From the NCBI GenBank assembly GCA_030248215.1, contig JASANG010003930.1, positions 186,001-250,000 on the forward strand: a DNA stretch of 64,000 bases, given 5' to 3'. The position numbers were made by a program, and so were the translations under genes. Source of the DNA: Enoplolaimus lenunculus. Lineage: Eukaryota. Of the stretch, positions 1-11,548 are shown piece after piece; within the stretch, counting starts at the first letter, position 1; each line of letters opens with the position of its first letter. The notes beneath the pieces are model-generated. The model was not told the DNA's origin. It did no database searches and saw only the letters and a program-made list of their open reading frames with translations.

Positions 1-265
1 TGGTGATTTCGATAGCAATTTGGACCTGAAAATTTTTCTACGTTTATACTAAATATTAATTGTTTTTATATTTGATTTTAGGCGCGACCACGTGTCCTGT
101 CTTGCATCTACTTGGAAAAATGCGCGCCATAATTTGAGTCTACGTTGCGGAAATGAATAGTGCCTAATAAGAAAACAGCCGGTTTAACTAATGGGGCTTG
201 CATGCTAAGTATAGGCCTAATCCTAAGCCCTTAAAAACTAAACCCCATCATTAGCCACTAGATTG

Positions 266-1836
266 CAGAGTGGGACATTACCCGCGGGAACACGCGAGTC
301 GGGCAACGAATTTCAGCCTCGGGTATACCGGCGAGTAAAGATTTGTACCTCGCTGGTAAAAAATTCACAGTTCTTCACCTGCGCCAATCTTTTTAGTGTT
401 AAGTGCAAAACATACGCTATTGTCTATTTTAATATTTCTGACCAGGTGCTGTCCGGTGATTTATTTAGTTTGGTTTGAAATTTAGTTATTGTCACCGTCC
501 TACGGCTGCGCTCCGTTTTCGCTAGCGGTAATCTTCAAACAATTTTGTGTTGAAGATGTGACAGAACGACTTTAAATTGAAAAAGTAGTGATAATAAATT
601 CTTACTGGATTAACCCGAATAAGAGGGGGGACTGATATATATTTGGCCTCTCCAGAGGGTACCCCCCTTGTTATTCGGTTACGGACTGTTGTATATTTTT
701 AACCCACGCTCCGCCACCCTTCATTACTGATATATCCGGTACTGCAACTATCCGTTGAATTATATGTTTGTTTGTGTTGTGTCAATAGCTTGAGCGATTA
801 TGCAAGATTATACGTTGTAATGTACTTTCAAAACTTAAGTACGCTTTCAAGTTTCGAAGTCAAATTATTTGGACCTGGAGTCATTTATGCGCTATAATTA
901 GGGTTAATTGACATTTATGGACTCTAATTAAGGTATAAGGACTTTATCCGCTACGGACTCTTATTAGGGATACGGACTTCTATTGATCGGGACTCAAAAT
1001 GGGGACCCCCTCTTATTACCCCCTATTATTCGGCTCAATACAGTGAGTAACTAGAATTTTTTGTTCATTCAACTATTTTAGACAAATGGTGTTTTATAGC
1101 GTCCAAATATAAAAAAAACTTTGAAAATTCGTAACTCATATAGTAAAACCTAGAGCTTGCTTGTGTTTAAATCAGAAATTTTTAATCAAAAGCTGTGGTT
1201 TGCGAGATAAATCGAATACAGAACACTTGATGTATGCACTAAATAGGGCATTCTTGCAGCCGGCCAATGACTCTGCTTCATTAGCTTTGCCCAATGACAC
1301 CTTGCTACCTGCTGCCTTGAGAGTGTATACGACCGCTGTTTTGTCGTTTGTTTGAGCAATTCATGCAGCTTCGCTGTCTATTGATATTCTATCATACTAT
1401 AAACTGCACGAAATTCGAAAAAAGCGTTAAAACAACGGTTTGACAACACGGTAGATTATTGTTTAAGCAGCTAATTTAACGTGATTTCGGCTGAATAAAT
1501 TTTGTTTCACCTCCGGCTCCGGCTGTTATATTTTCCACCTGTGATTGTATGCTGCGTACTTTTACGAGTTAAGTAGCGCTGACCGTATATATGGCTTTCA
1601 GTCAAATGACTTGTTTCTAAAGTTTTATGTGTAAAATTTATTGAAGGCATATCGCAAAACGTCAGTAAAGCGCAAAGAACCTGCGATCTTTAAAATACTG
1701 CTTTAGTGACAGACGCGGGTAAAAGGTGGGTCGCGGGTATATCTTCTTTGAGCGGGTATACCCGCGGGTAAAAAATGTTTATTTTCGTGAGTACAGCGTG
1801 GTTCGGGTAAAAAATCCTTACCCACTTCCAACTCTG
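266..1836. mobile_element. Non-autonomous hAT-like DNA transposon
   Basis: TIR CAGAGTGGGA at 266 and TTCCAACTCTG ending at 1836; clusters of CGGGTA/TACCCG subterminal motifs at both ends; degenerate 8-bp TSD ctagattg/ctaggcag; contains a nested MITE. Confidence 0.65.
605..1043 (+). mobile_element. Tc1/mariner-type MITE, family A copy
   Basis: TIR consensus CTGTAGTGACCCGAATAAGAGGGG with a TA flank; colinear with copies at 13077, 23383, 26578 and 55726. Confidence 0.85.
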
Positions 1837-2005
1837 CTAGGCAGAGTTTAAACTTCTACAGTTCTAGGGCCGCATTAAGGTGGTAGAAGGCCCGGGGCCG
1901 AGATGACAAGCATGCCGATTCTTATCCATGAATGTTTATATACAAGTTCGCACACTAATACATATTAATCAACTAAGCCAAGGCTTGTCTTACCAAGTCT
2001 GCCCA

Positions 2006-2109
2006 TGTGGAAATATGAAATGGTTGATTCAACTGAAAAGGGTTCGACAAATAGAAAGTTAAAAAAACGAGGTTTAACAGAAACAATATTCGGTAGAGAG
2101 TGAAGTTTA
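2006..2109 (+). repeat. 5' LTR (portion shared with the 3' LTR; may extend to about 2151)
   Basis: Matches 5703-5808 except for homopolymer and dinucleotide length differences. Confidence 0.9.
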
Positions 2110-2210
2110 GTTGTACTTTGGCTACGGACCAGCTTATACTTCATTTTTACAATATTGCACTGCTTAGTGTAGTACTAACACAGCTTTCATGCTATTGCGG
2201 CATTTAAAGC

Positions 2211-2909
2211 ATGTCTATTCGGTTTACTGATGTAATTCAAGCGTTTTCTGGAGATGGTTCAATCGACGTCAACGAGTGGCTGAAAAAAGCGGAGTTGGTA
2301 GCCAACTTGCAAAATATTGATACTTTGGCAAGTTTTATTCCTTTATTTCCGAGAGGACCTGCGTTTTCTGTTTATGACCAGCTAACTGAAAGGCAAAAAT
2401 CGGACTACGCAGCTGTTCGAACTGCACTTCTTAGCGCGTTCTCGGTAACCCCACATCAAGCGTACGAACAGTTTAAAATGCGAAGTTTCAATTACGCAGA
2501 AACAGTAGATGCTTATTTAGCCGACTTACGGCGACTACTGTCAATAATGGGTAGCGAAAACGAAAAGGTACTTGCGTGTCAGTTTGTTTCTGGGTTACCT
2601 ACTGACGTTGCAGCCCAAGTGAAAGCGCTCAAGGGAATTACTGCTGGGGTGAACTGTTTAATTGAGTGCGCCAAGTCAATCATTGCAGATAGGCCGGCCG
2701 AACCGGTGGTAAATGTTGCAAAAGTTTCTCGCAATCGTGGCGAAATGATTTGCTACGGTTGTAATCGAAAGGGACACTTGCAGCGTAACTGCCGAGTAAC
2801 GTGTTTCAAGTGCCAAAAACAGGGTCACATTGCAACGAACTGTAAGGCGGGAAACGAACCAGGGGAGGCGTCACTTGCTGCGCTACTGGACGTCTCCCAG
2901 GAATGCTAG
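2211..2909 (+). CDS. gag: Gag polyprotein with two CCHC zinc knuckles
   Basis: 232-aa ORF containing CYGCNRKGHLQRNC and CFKCQKQGHIATNC; lies directly after the LTR. Confidence 0.9.
   Translation: MSIRFTDVIQAFSGDGSIDVNEWLKKAELVANLQNIDTLASFIPLFPRGPAFSVYDQLTERQKSDYAAVRTALLSAFSVTPHQAYEQFKMRSFNYAETVDAYLADLRRLLSIMGSENEKVLACQFVSGLPTDVAAQVKALKGITAGVNCLIECAKSIIADRPAEPVVNVAKVSRNRGEMICYGCNRKGHLQRNCRVTCFKCQKQGHIATNCKAGNEPGEASLAALLDVSQEC
2849..2898 (+). promoter_or_regulatory. Programmed -1 ribosomal frameshift signal (gag-pol)
   Basis: In-frame slippery heptamer G GGA AAC at 2849-2855, 7-nt spacer, 10-bp stem GGGAGGCGTC (2863-2872) / GACGTCTCCC (2889-2898); the -1 frame is open into the protease ORF. 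Confidence 0.8.
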
Positions 2910-5702
2910 AACGAAATTTACCATATTTGAATATAACAATAGAGGGGAAATGTACAAACGGTTTAGTAGATACTGGTTGTTCAAAAACTGTAATAACTAT
3001 GAATTTTCTACGAAGTTTAAATATTCAAAAAACAGTTATTAACAGAAGTAGTTCAAATAATTTAATAATGATGGATGGTTCTAAAATAACTCCAATGGGG
3101 GTTATTACGCTAAATATTACGTCTCCTTCAGCAGTGTCCGTGGAAGCCTTGGTAGTTTCTGGGCAGTTTTTTCAAACAATTTCGGCGTAATATTAGGTAT
3201 GGACTTTATTCGAAAGATAGGTGGAGTGTTTGTTGACAGTGATTTTGGTGTGCACTGCTGCAACTTGGCTAAGTGCGATGAAAATGACACGCAAACGAGT
3301 GTTTTAAAGATTGAAGATTCAGATTTTGCGGCGATATTTAATGGTAAATTTTGGTCGGTAACTTGGAAATGGAATTCTATTCCTCCGCCTGCGCTAAATA
3401 AACCAGCTAATTACGGTGTCGCTTCAGAACTACGAGCCAATTTCGATAGCGAAGTTCAAAAATGGATTACCGATGGTTGGCTAGTGAGGTACGACAGAAG
3501 TATTCACGGTGATATTCAAAGATTTATTCCGTTGATAGCGAAAAACGAACCTGTGAAACAACGTGTTCGACCAGTTATGGACTACCGCGGCTTAAATAAA
3601 TGCATAAACAGCAATCCTGGATCCAACAGCGCTGTTTGTCAAGAAAAATTACGACTGTGGCGCAAAATGGGAAATAATTCCGCGATTGTTGATTTAAACA
3701 AAGCGTATTTGCAAATTCACGTTAATCAATAGCTTCAGAAATATCAAGCTGTAAAATACAAGGGGGAAACGTACGTTATGACTAGAGTGGGATTCGGACT
3801 GAGCATTGCGCCGAAAGTTATGAGTGCAATTATTCAGAAAGTTTTAAGTTTAGATAAAAACATTGCAGCTGAAACGGACTCATATATTGACGATATCGTG
3901 TGTAAGTGTGAAAACGTGAAGCCTTACGAACTACGACAACACCTTAACAATTACGGATTGGAAAGCAAAGAAGCAAACGTATTGACTGATGCTAGGATTT
4001 TGGGTTTGAGAGTCAAATGGAGCGGTAAGAGCAAACAATATTTGTGGCGCAGAGATATTCCAATTGATCTTAATATCAAAACAATGACACGTCGAGAAAT
4101 GTATGCATTATGTGGCAAACCAATTGGACACTTCCCCGTTGCAGGATGGCTACGACCAGCGTGCGCTTTGCTAAAACGGAAAAGTTCGCATTTAGGTTGG
4201 GATGAGATTGTTGATGCTGAACTAATGAACTTGCTTACGGAGATGACGAAAAAATTGGGGAACATGATCCAATTGGCGGATCTTGGAGTGTTTCGACAAC
4301 AAACTGTGGTCGCATATGGTGTGATGCTAGTTCCATTGCAATTGGAGCGTGCATAGAAATTGATGGAAACATAGTTGAAGACGGTTCTTGGCTACGACCT
4401 GAACAAGATGGCGGACATATTAATACGGCAGAATTGGAGGCGGTTATGAAAGGCATTAACATGACGATAAAATGGAATTTGAATGTTCTGACTATTATAA
4501 CTGATTCAGCGACAGTCCTTGGTTGGCTTACTTCAACGCTTGATGACAAGAAACGTATACATACATCGGGCTTAACAGAAATGATAACACGGCGTAGGCT
4601 GCAAATTATCAAGGAACTGTGCACTCTTTATAGTTTAAAAATTGACGTTAAGCAAGTCAGATCGGCTGAAAACATCGCTGACAAATTGACGCGAGTGCCG
4701 AAGCATTGGTTGACGAAAACAAATTTGTGCCTCGTATCGACTGGACCTGAATACGAAGCTGTGCGCAGAACACACCAGCAACACCATCTTGGTTTCAATA
4801 GAACGCTTTATTGCGCTAAACAGCAGATGGAACAAGTTAATTTTGCTACGGTTAAACAAGTGTTGAACAACTGTGTTGAATGTAGCAGAATTGATCCAGC
4901 ACCGGTACGATACGCGAAAGGAACCTTGGTTTCTGCAAAGGCCTGGCAACGCTTAGCCATGGATATTGCATATTACAATAAATTGTGTTATTTGACACTT
5001 ATTGACTGTTGTACACGGTTTTGTATTTGGCGGAAATTATCTAGGAATACCGCTGAAGAAATAGTAAAGCATCTTAGAAGCATTTTTTGTGAACGCGGTT
5101 CGCCCTTGGAATTGCTGTCTGACAACGAGCCAGTGTTTAAAAGTAGGCAGGTTTGCAATTTGCTGGATGTTTATAATGTCAAGCGGCTGTTTTCATGCGC
5201 ATACAGACACCAAGATAATGACTTAATAGAGCGAAATCATCGTACGATAAATTTGGTACAATAACAGTCCTAATTTTGAAAATGTAGTACCGTCTTATCT
5301 CCTGTATCGTTACCAGCCAAGTCTGGTTCAAGCGGTACCGGTAACGAATGATTCAACGAAAAAGTCTATGTTCACTGTTGGTGAAAGGGTATACGTAAAG
5401 CCGCCTAACGCGCGATGTACTAGTCAATGAGAGGAAAAAGTAGTAACAGCCATTCCGTCACCATATTCCGTTGAACTTGATCATGTATCACGGCATGTTT
5501 CACATGTGCGAAAAATTCCGGACAATCACCAGAGTTCTACTTTGAATGTAGACGTTCGAAATGAGTTCGTTGACATTTTGGGGCCAAAAAACCTAGCAGA
5601 GCACCCAGGAATTAATTCAGATGATAATAATTATAGAACAAGATTTGGTCGCATCGTCTACCCTACAAGGCGGTATGGTAAAGAGTTAAACTCTCGGGGA
5701 GA
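2849..5702 (+). pseudogene. pol: Pol polyprotein (protease, RT, RNase H, integrase), disrupted
   Basis: LVDTGCS; DLNKAYLQI and YIDDI; WCDAS, AELEA, TDS, NIADKLTR; HHCC and MDI..SDN..ERNHRT. Frameshifts near 3170 and 4250, TAG at 3730, apparent deletion near 5250, TGA at 5428. Confidence 0.92.
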
Positions 5703-5808
5703 TGTGGAAATATGAAATGGTTGATTCAACTGAAAAAGGGTTCGACAAATAGAAAGTTAAAAAACGAGGTTTAACAGAAACAATATTCGGTAGAGAGAGT
5801 GAAGTTTA
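5703..5808 (+). repeat. 3' LTR (truncated)
   Basis: Preceded by the PPT; matches 2006-2109; no matching terminal CA or TSD found. Confidence 0.88.
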
Positions 5809-6510
5809 AAACAGCAGTGATCTGTACGTTTGCAACAGCCCGCCAAACGCTAATTGTGGGACATGAGATATGACATCGAAGTCGTACAAACGTTTAACTT
5901 TGAACTTTTGTGCTCAAACACAAGGCGTCTGGAAGTGGTAGTGACCACTAACAGCAGTCACGGAGCAGTTGTGGATCCGTGATTTCTCGGTGAGGAAACC
6001 GCGGCTGGTCGTACCCACGCCATGTGCTCAACTGTACAAACACACCATCTCGAAAAAGTTACTTTCAGCAAGACTTGTAAAATGTTAGGCTCAACGCGTG
6101 AACTCAAACAATTTTGCACCACCAATGAAAATCCGCACCCCTCTTATCACTACTCTATTGGTAATAAATGAAGAAAACATCGCGCACAAAGCGAGCAAGA
6201 AAGCGAACAATTGCTTGTATCAATTGTCATGAAAACAAAAATTCCGGATCTTGTTTTTCACGCAGAAAGCTCACCTTTGATGGTTTGCAGTTGGGGAAAG
6301 GCTCTTTCTGGAACGAGGACTGTGGACCGGGCCTCCTGGCCACACCCTCCCCTTATAACCAGACCTTGAAGTTTAAGTTTTAAAAAAATTGTGATTTCCA
6401 ATTCACCTTTTGGTATATATTGCATTTTTTCAAATGTTAATCAGCGTATGTTCTGAGCGCGCACTCTAATATTGCGTATAATGCATAACTGGCAACCACT
6501 ATTAGTTTTG

Positions 6511-6761
6511 CTAAAGTTCTTCTGTCAAAAAAGCTAAAAAACTTCTACCTGATTGCAACGAGGTATCTTGTGTTTGTTTATCTGACAATGGTGTTAGCAT
6601 CGGAGCAATGGTTGTACTTTGCTCAAGAGGTGTTTGCATTCCTACGAATGATTCTTCAAAATGCGTAATGAGGCCATCTCGAAAACATCGTGCCATGCGG
6701 TTATCGGACGTCTCATTCTCACCAACCTTCAATGTCTTTCCAGTACGTGACCAAATACATC
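6511..6761 (-). CDS. MIG-18-like fibronectin type I domain secreted protein, exon 3
   Basis: Acceptor ttttgtttag; encodes (G)CIWSRTGKTLKVGENETSDNRMARCFRDG; phase 1 joins exon 2. May instead end at a donor near 6548. Confidence 0.65.
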
Positions 6762-7255
6762 CTAAACAAAACGTGGCTCTTGATAATCTAAAATTTATCG
6801 CCCGACCACTTGTGTTACATCTGTGCTCCAAGCCTATTCCTAAGCCTAAACATAATCTTAAACCTAATCCTAAGCGTAATCCTAGGCTGGAGCTTATAGG
6901 TCTGGGTCTGAATAACGAATTGTCGAGCCGACCAGATTTTGAGCATCGATTTATAGTGGAAACGGCCGTTGCACACTTCCTTTCACCCCTTACGCTAAGT
7001 ATCAGGCTAAGGAAATGTCTTGTATATGCCTAAACCTAAAAGCTAAGTTTTCGTCTTACCTTTTTCGAAAACTTAATAAAACCGGAACGTAGCCTTAGTC
7101 TCAAAAGTAAAAGTATGTGTAAAGCGCAAAATAGTGTATAAACACGAAAATAAAATTAGAAAATTTTATTTTTTACGGGAAAATAAACTTACTATTAAAG
7201 TGCAATTTTAATGTTTACATTGCAATTTAGAGTTGACATCTGCTAAGCCCTTTAA

Positions 7256-7925
7256 GCCCTATTCAGACGTGCAAGTTTTTGCAGCAAAAACTGGCAGCTG
7301 CAACTTGCACGAGTTTTGCAAGGAAGCATCAGTTTCGTTCTGAATCTTGACATGAATTTATACGAATGATGGCGATTTACGTAATTCGACTTGCTTCATG
7401 CCTATGAATTAATTCTTGGCGCATATTTCTCATGAATATATTGCAACTGCAAGTTCTTCGAGTGAATTTTTGAAAAAACTTGCAGCTACAAGTATCAGCA
7501 GTAAGAAACAAACACGAATAAAGAAAGCTCTATTCGAAAATTTTTCATCAGAAAACGTTTTCAATGATGCAATTTCTATTTTTAACGCTTAAACATAAAA
7601 ACAATCCCCGTCCTAATCGCCATGGACTGCAAGAAATCAAACACGTTTGATACTTGAATTGGTTCAAGCTTCTTGAATAAATTCAAATAGTACGAATTAA
7701 TGAAACGCTCAACAACATGCCTTACGGTTGGCCAATCAAAATACAGGCGCAAGAAATGCAAAAGACTTGCAACTGCGTTCACACGTGCGAAATAATTTTA
7801 ATATCGCGAATTCCTTTGAATAATTCGCAGCTGCAAGAACTACAAAACTGTTATGTATCCAAACTTGCACATGCAAGTTGCATGTGCAAGTTTTTCCTGC
7901 AATAACTTGCACGTGTGAATAGGAC
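7256..7925. mobile_element. PIF/Harbinger-like MITE
   Basis: Long TIR GCCCTATTCAGACGTGCAAGTT / AACTTGCACGTGTGAATAGGAC, TAA-type flank, internal TGCAAG/CTTGCA repeats. Confidence 0.75.
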
Positions 7926-8022
7926 ATAAAACAGGATCAAAATCGAAATTTCGTATCAAGGCTTTACTTCGAGATATGTGTCACTTAAAGGTGCAAAAGA
8001 AGCAATAAGATTTGACAGTAAC

Positions 8023-8105
8023 CTATTATTTCTACGATCCAACTCGAATCATTATTGATTATGCAAACGTACTGAAAACCACCATTCTTCCAGGTTTCTT
8101 GATGT
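8023..8105 (-). CDS. MIG-18-like Fn1 protein, exon 2
   Basis: Acceptor tttattttag, donor gttact; encodes HQETWKNGGFQYVCIINNDSSWIVEII(G); phases 2/1 fit both neighbours. Confidence 0.7.
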
Positions 8106-8241
8106 CTAAAATAAAAATTTAACAAAACACGAGAACGCAATGCTTTATGGTCAACAAAGCAGAAAACACGCAAAGTTCTTGGAAACGAAACACCTATGTG
8201 TTGAGATGCATTCTTGCTTTCTTGAAAATTCTACTGGTTAA

Positions 8242-8605
8242 GGGTTGCGCTATACTTGTCGTACGACGCCGTCCGTCACTAGTACGGCGCGCGCCGTCTG
8301 TCACCCGCACCGAGCCGTCCGTCACCCGTACGGCGCCATCCATTACAGTTCGGCACCGTGTGTCACCGTCCGTCACCATACGGTATGAGAAGTGGATAAA
8401 TCGCGTATAATACCATATTGTGGCACACGCAGACGGGCGTCATAAGGTTGACGAACGGCGACGTACCGTTGACGGAGGGTGATGGACGGCGCCGTACGGG
8501 TGACCGACGGTGCCGTACTGGTGACGGACGGCGCCATACGCATGTCGGACGGCGCCATACGGATGACGGACCGCGCTGGACGCCATCATTAGTATAGCGC
8601 TACCC
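8242..8605. mobile_element. PIF/Harbinger-like foldback MITE with GC-rich 21-bp subterminal repeats
   Basis: TIR GGGTTGCGCTATACT / AGTATAGCGCTACCC, exact TAA TSD; inverted arrays of CCGTCCGTCACCCGTACGGCG. Confidence 0.85.
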
Positions 8606-8950
8606 TAAAGAGACAAATTTACTCAGTGGAAATAGGGTGCTAGCAAGCAGGAATATTATTTTATGTGCTCTAAAACTTTATAGAGTTTTACTGCTTAAAA
8701 TACATTCGTTCATTGCAGTAGTGTTAAAAATTTTTAATTTTTATATATGTGCAACGCGAACCTTATACGAATAATGCATCATCCACTTTTAGTTGCGCCA
8801 CGCATATGGAAACATTGAGTTTTTCAAAACTTCATTCTTAAAACGAAATTGAAATAACCTGATTTTATAAATTTTCTACTCGATTTTATAAACTAGAGGG
8901 GAAGGAGTAAATGGACACAAATTTGAAATTCAATTTTCCATAAATTGACG

Positions 8951-9916
8951 TTTTTAAGCGAAGCGAAACTCCGAGTGAAGCTCGGAGTTTTGCGAAGCGT
9001 TTTATGTTTTGTACTTGGGGGTCGAAAGGTGGATGTCCGTCCGTCCGTCTGTCCGTCTGTCCGTCCGAAAAGAATCTTAGGAACGGCTGAACCGATTTTG
9101 ATAAACTTTTTTGTTTGAAAGCCAATTATCCTGGGGTGTTAACCTCGCATTAGGGTTTTAAAATTTTAAGCCGTTTATTAGCTACAGACTAATTTGCATA
9201 AATAATTAAGCCTAAATTAGGACTTTCCACAATATTTCACTAATTATTACAGTTAGAAGCAATCAAATTTTAGCATTAAAGGGTGTATGGGTGCGAGAAA
9301 TCTGCGTACACTGTTTACAAACCTCCAAAACCGATAATTGAGCAGTTAGCTAATAGATAATTTGCATATTAGCATAGTTTATAAGCCTAAATTAGGACTT
9401 TTTACAATATTTCACTAATTATTAATGTTAAAAGCAATATAATTTCAGCACTAAACGATTTTTGGTGTGAGGAATTTGAATAAATAGTTTACAAACATCC
9501 AAAACCGATAATTGAATAGTTAGCTAATAGCTAATTTGCATATTAGCTTAATTGACAAGACAAAACTAGGACTTTTTAAATTATTTCAACAATTATTAGG
9601 GCTTACTGTAGGTTTTTGGGTGCAAAGAATCTGAATAAATTGTTTACAAACCTACAAAACCGATAATTGAATAGTTAGCTAATAACTAATTTGCATATTA
9701 GCTTAATTGACAAAACAAAATTAGGACTTTTTAAATTATTCCAAGAATTATTAGAGTGGCTGAAGGGTTTTTGGATGCGATTTGAATAAATAGTTTACAA
9801 ACATCCAAAACCGATAATTGAATAGTTAGCTAATAGCTAATTTGCATATTAGCTTAATTGCTTACGTGCGTTCGAGCTTCGCTCAATAAATGTAGTCCCA
9901 CTACCACTGGTTTTTT
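8951..9916 (+). mobile_element. Non-autonomous Helentron-associated (DINE-1/HINE-like) element
   Basis: T-run flanks, subterminal IR AGCGAAGC / GCTTCGCT, 5' hairpin AAACTCCGAG..CTCGGAGTTT, (GTCC/GTCT)n microsatellite at 9035-9066, central tandem array, 3' hairpin GTAGTcccACTAC. Confidence 0.8.
9189..9860. repeat. Tandem repeat, about 4 units of 150-175 bp
   Basis: AATTTGCATA recurs at about 9191, 9359, 9533, 9688 and 9839 with colinear flanking sequence. Confidence 0.9.
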
Positions 9917-10022
9917 ATATGGTCTGCGTAACTAAAGTGGATGACGCATAATAGCACACTGAATACCTAAATTCATCTGTTATAAAAGTAGTTTGAAGAA
10001 TAAACACATGTTGCGTCTTTAC

Positions 10023-10168
10023 CTTTTAGTTTCACCATTGAACCTGCAACAATGCATTGCCGAAACCAGTATTGAAAATACGAAAAATACCAATAATCTT
10101 CGGGAACAATAATAGACACCAAAGTGACCCAAAAAACTACTCTCACAAAGTTTGGCAGAATGTCTCAT
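10023..10168 (-). CDS. MIG-18-like Fn1 protein, exon 1 (signal peptide)
   Basis: ATG at 10168; encodes MRHS...RRLLVFFVFSILVSAMHCCRFNGETK(R); donor aag|gtaaag is phase 2. The three exons give a 159-aa ORF. Confidence 0.62.
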
Positions 10169-10425
10169 GTTGTGCTGTCGTAAATTAATTATTTCCTCAT
10201 TTTGAAGTATTTTAAAAAAACTGGATAACTCCTATTTGATACGGTAGGTGTTGTGTCATTGGTCATATTTACATAATTTCCTGTAAAACAGAAATATACG
10301 TATAGATGCAATAAAATTTCCGTTTTTGTTTTAGGGCAAAATCTATATATGCTGTGCGTTTTCGGTGTTTAAATAACCATTCGTTTCTAGTCGTGAACCG
10401 GGTGTAACGGATATCTCCAAAATAA

Positions 10426-11106
10426 TGCAGGGTTCACGTTATAGTTGGGGCAGCCCGGAACATGTTTTGTCCATGTTGATTCGAAGTCAACAGAAATTGT
10501 TGTTATCGTGTCACATGACATTGGCTTGTAGACCACTGTTCTCATCAAGTGATCATCATATACAGGAATCCATATGTCAATTTTAACACGGGAAACTTAA
10601 ATGAATATCAAATGATATTCTAGAATTCTAGCGGTTTTCACGGAATATTATATGCAGGACAGTATAATTTGTTCGCAATAACAAAGAAGAAAGAGAAATA
10701 GTATATGATTTCGAACGCTCATTTAGCTAGTACGTTTCCATTTACGGTTCAAATTTTCTATAAATATATCTATCTCTAAATACAAGAAATTGAAATTTCA
10801 AAATGTGTTATCATGTGATATTCAGAAGCAAACTTATAACAGGCAATAATATTTCTGTTGCGGCCAAACCTTCGGACGGGGAGACAAAAATCGGCATGTC
10901 TGAGTGCTCGGGTTCAATTATATTTTTAAGGGGAGCAAAACTTAGGACGCGTGGGCCAAAACTTTTGCCACCAGGGCAAAATTTGGAAGGGCATTCATTC
11001 AGGCATCGAAAAAACTATACCGGAACCAAAAGTGGGATCTTTTGTTGCATCCCCAGCCAACCTATTCTTCAAACTTCTAAAAATAACTGTGCCCTTATGT
11101 GAACCT
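10426..11106. mobile_element. Degenerate Harbinger-like MITE (GGTTCACGTTA terminus family)
   Basis: Left end TAA|TGCAGGGTTCACGTTATAG resembles ends at 24106/24624 and 54033; weak right end TATGTGAACCTT. Confidence 0.45.
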
Positions 11107-11250
11107 TAACATCCTAAACAGCATATCATACACACGTTTTTATAGTTGTTTTCTGTAGCATAGCAGCCGGAAAGTAGGGCTGTTCCATCTATTAGTGAAG
11201 TTGCGGAATCCGAATCTCTTAGGAATCCGATAACAAGTAGGCTATCTTTT

Positions 11251-11548
11251 ATATCTCGACGAGCTGAGCTCACTGGTACCAATTATATGGCTGCAGAGCC
11301 AGCGGTTGAGAAGTTAAAGTCCTCGACACACATGGATTTGAGGAGAAAGTATCTATCAAATCTTTCACTTTCATCCATATATTCGTAGAATATAAATTCT
11401 ACCAAGTAATAATTCGTTAACCAGGCTTTGCAGACGTTTGCATATGTTTAATGTAGTAAGAAGTTGAATTTTAAAGAGCCACAACTTTGAACTGGAAGCC
11501 TTGCAGCCCTAAAAATGGCACCACTGATCTCAGCGTGTCCAGATCTAT
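11251..11548. repeat. Internal inverted repeat of an old DNA transposon
   Basis: ATATCTCGACGAGCTGAGCTCACTGGTACC..GGCTGCAG is an inverted match to TGCAGCCC..GGCACCACTGATCTCAGCGTGTCCAGATCTAT. Confidence 0.5.

Larger units (their letters stand above)
2006..5808 (+). mobile_element. Ty3/Gypsy LTR retrotransposon, disabled, 3' LTR apparently truncated
   Basis: Direct repeats starting TGTGG at 2006 and 5703; domain order gag-PR-RT-RH-IN; PPT GGGGAGA at 5696-5702. Confidence 0.95.
8772..9950. mobile_element. TIR element interrupted by a Helentron-type insertion
   Basis: ATGCATCATCCACTTTTAGTTGCG near 8773 is an inverted match to CGTAACTAAAGTGGATGACGCAT near 9927-9949. Confidence 0.6.

Noticed and set aside
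1380..1520. hAT transposase dimerisation-domain remnant (DILSYYK..SAE)
   Set aside because: Too short and frame-broken to support.
3951..4949. Antisense ORFs within pol
   Set aside because: Shadows of the coding strand with no independent evidence.
8147..8558. APSVTRT-repeat ORFs on both strands
   Set aside because: Arise from the 21-bp repeats of a MITE.
10023..10043. 21-nt micro-exon after a 47-nt intron
   Set aside because: Reading through the putative intron gives an open frame with a good signal peptide, so a single exon is simpler.
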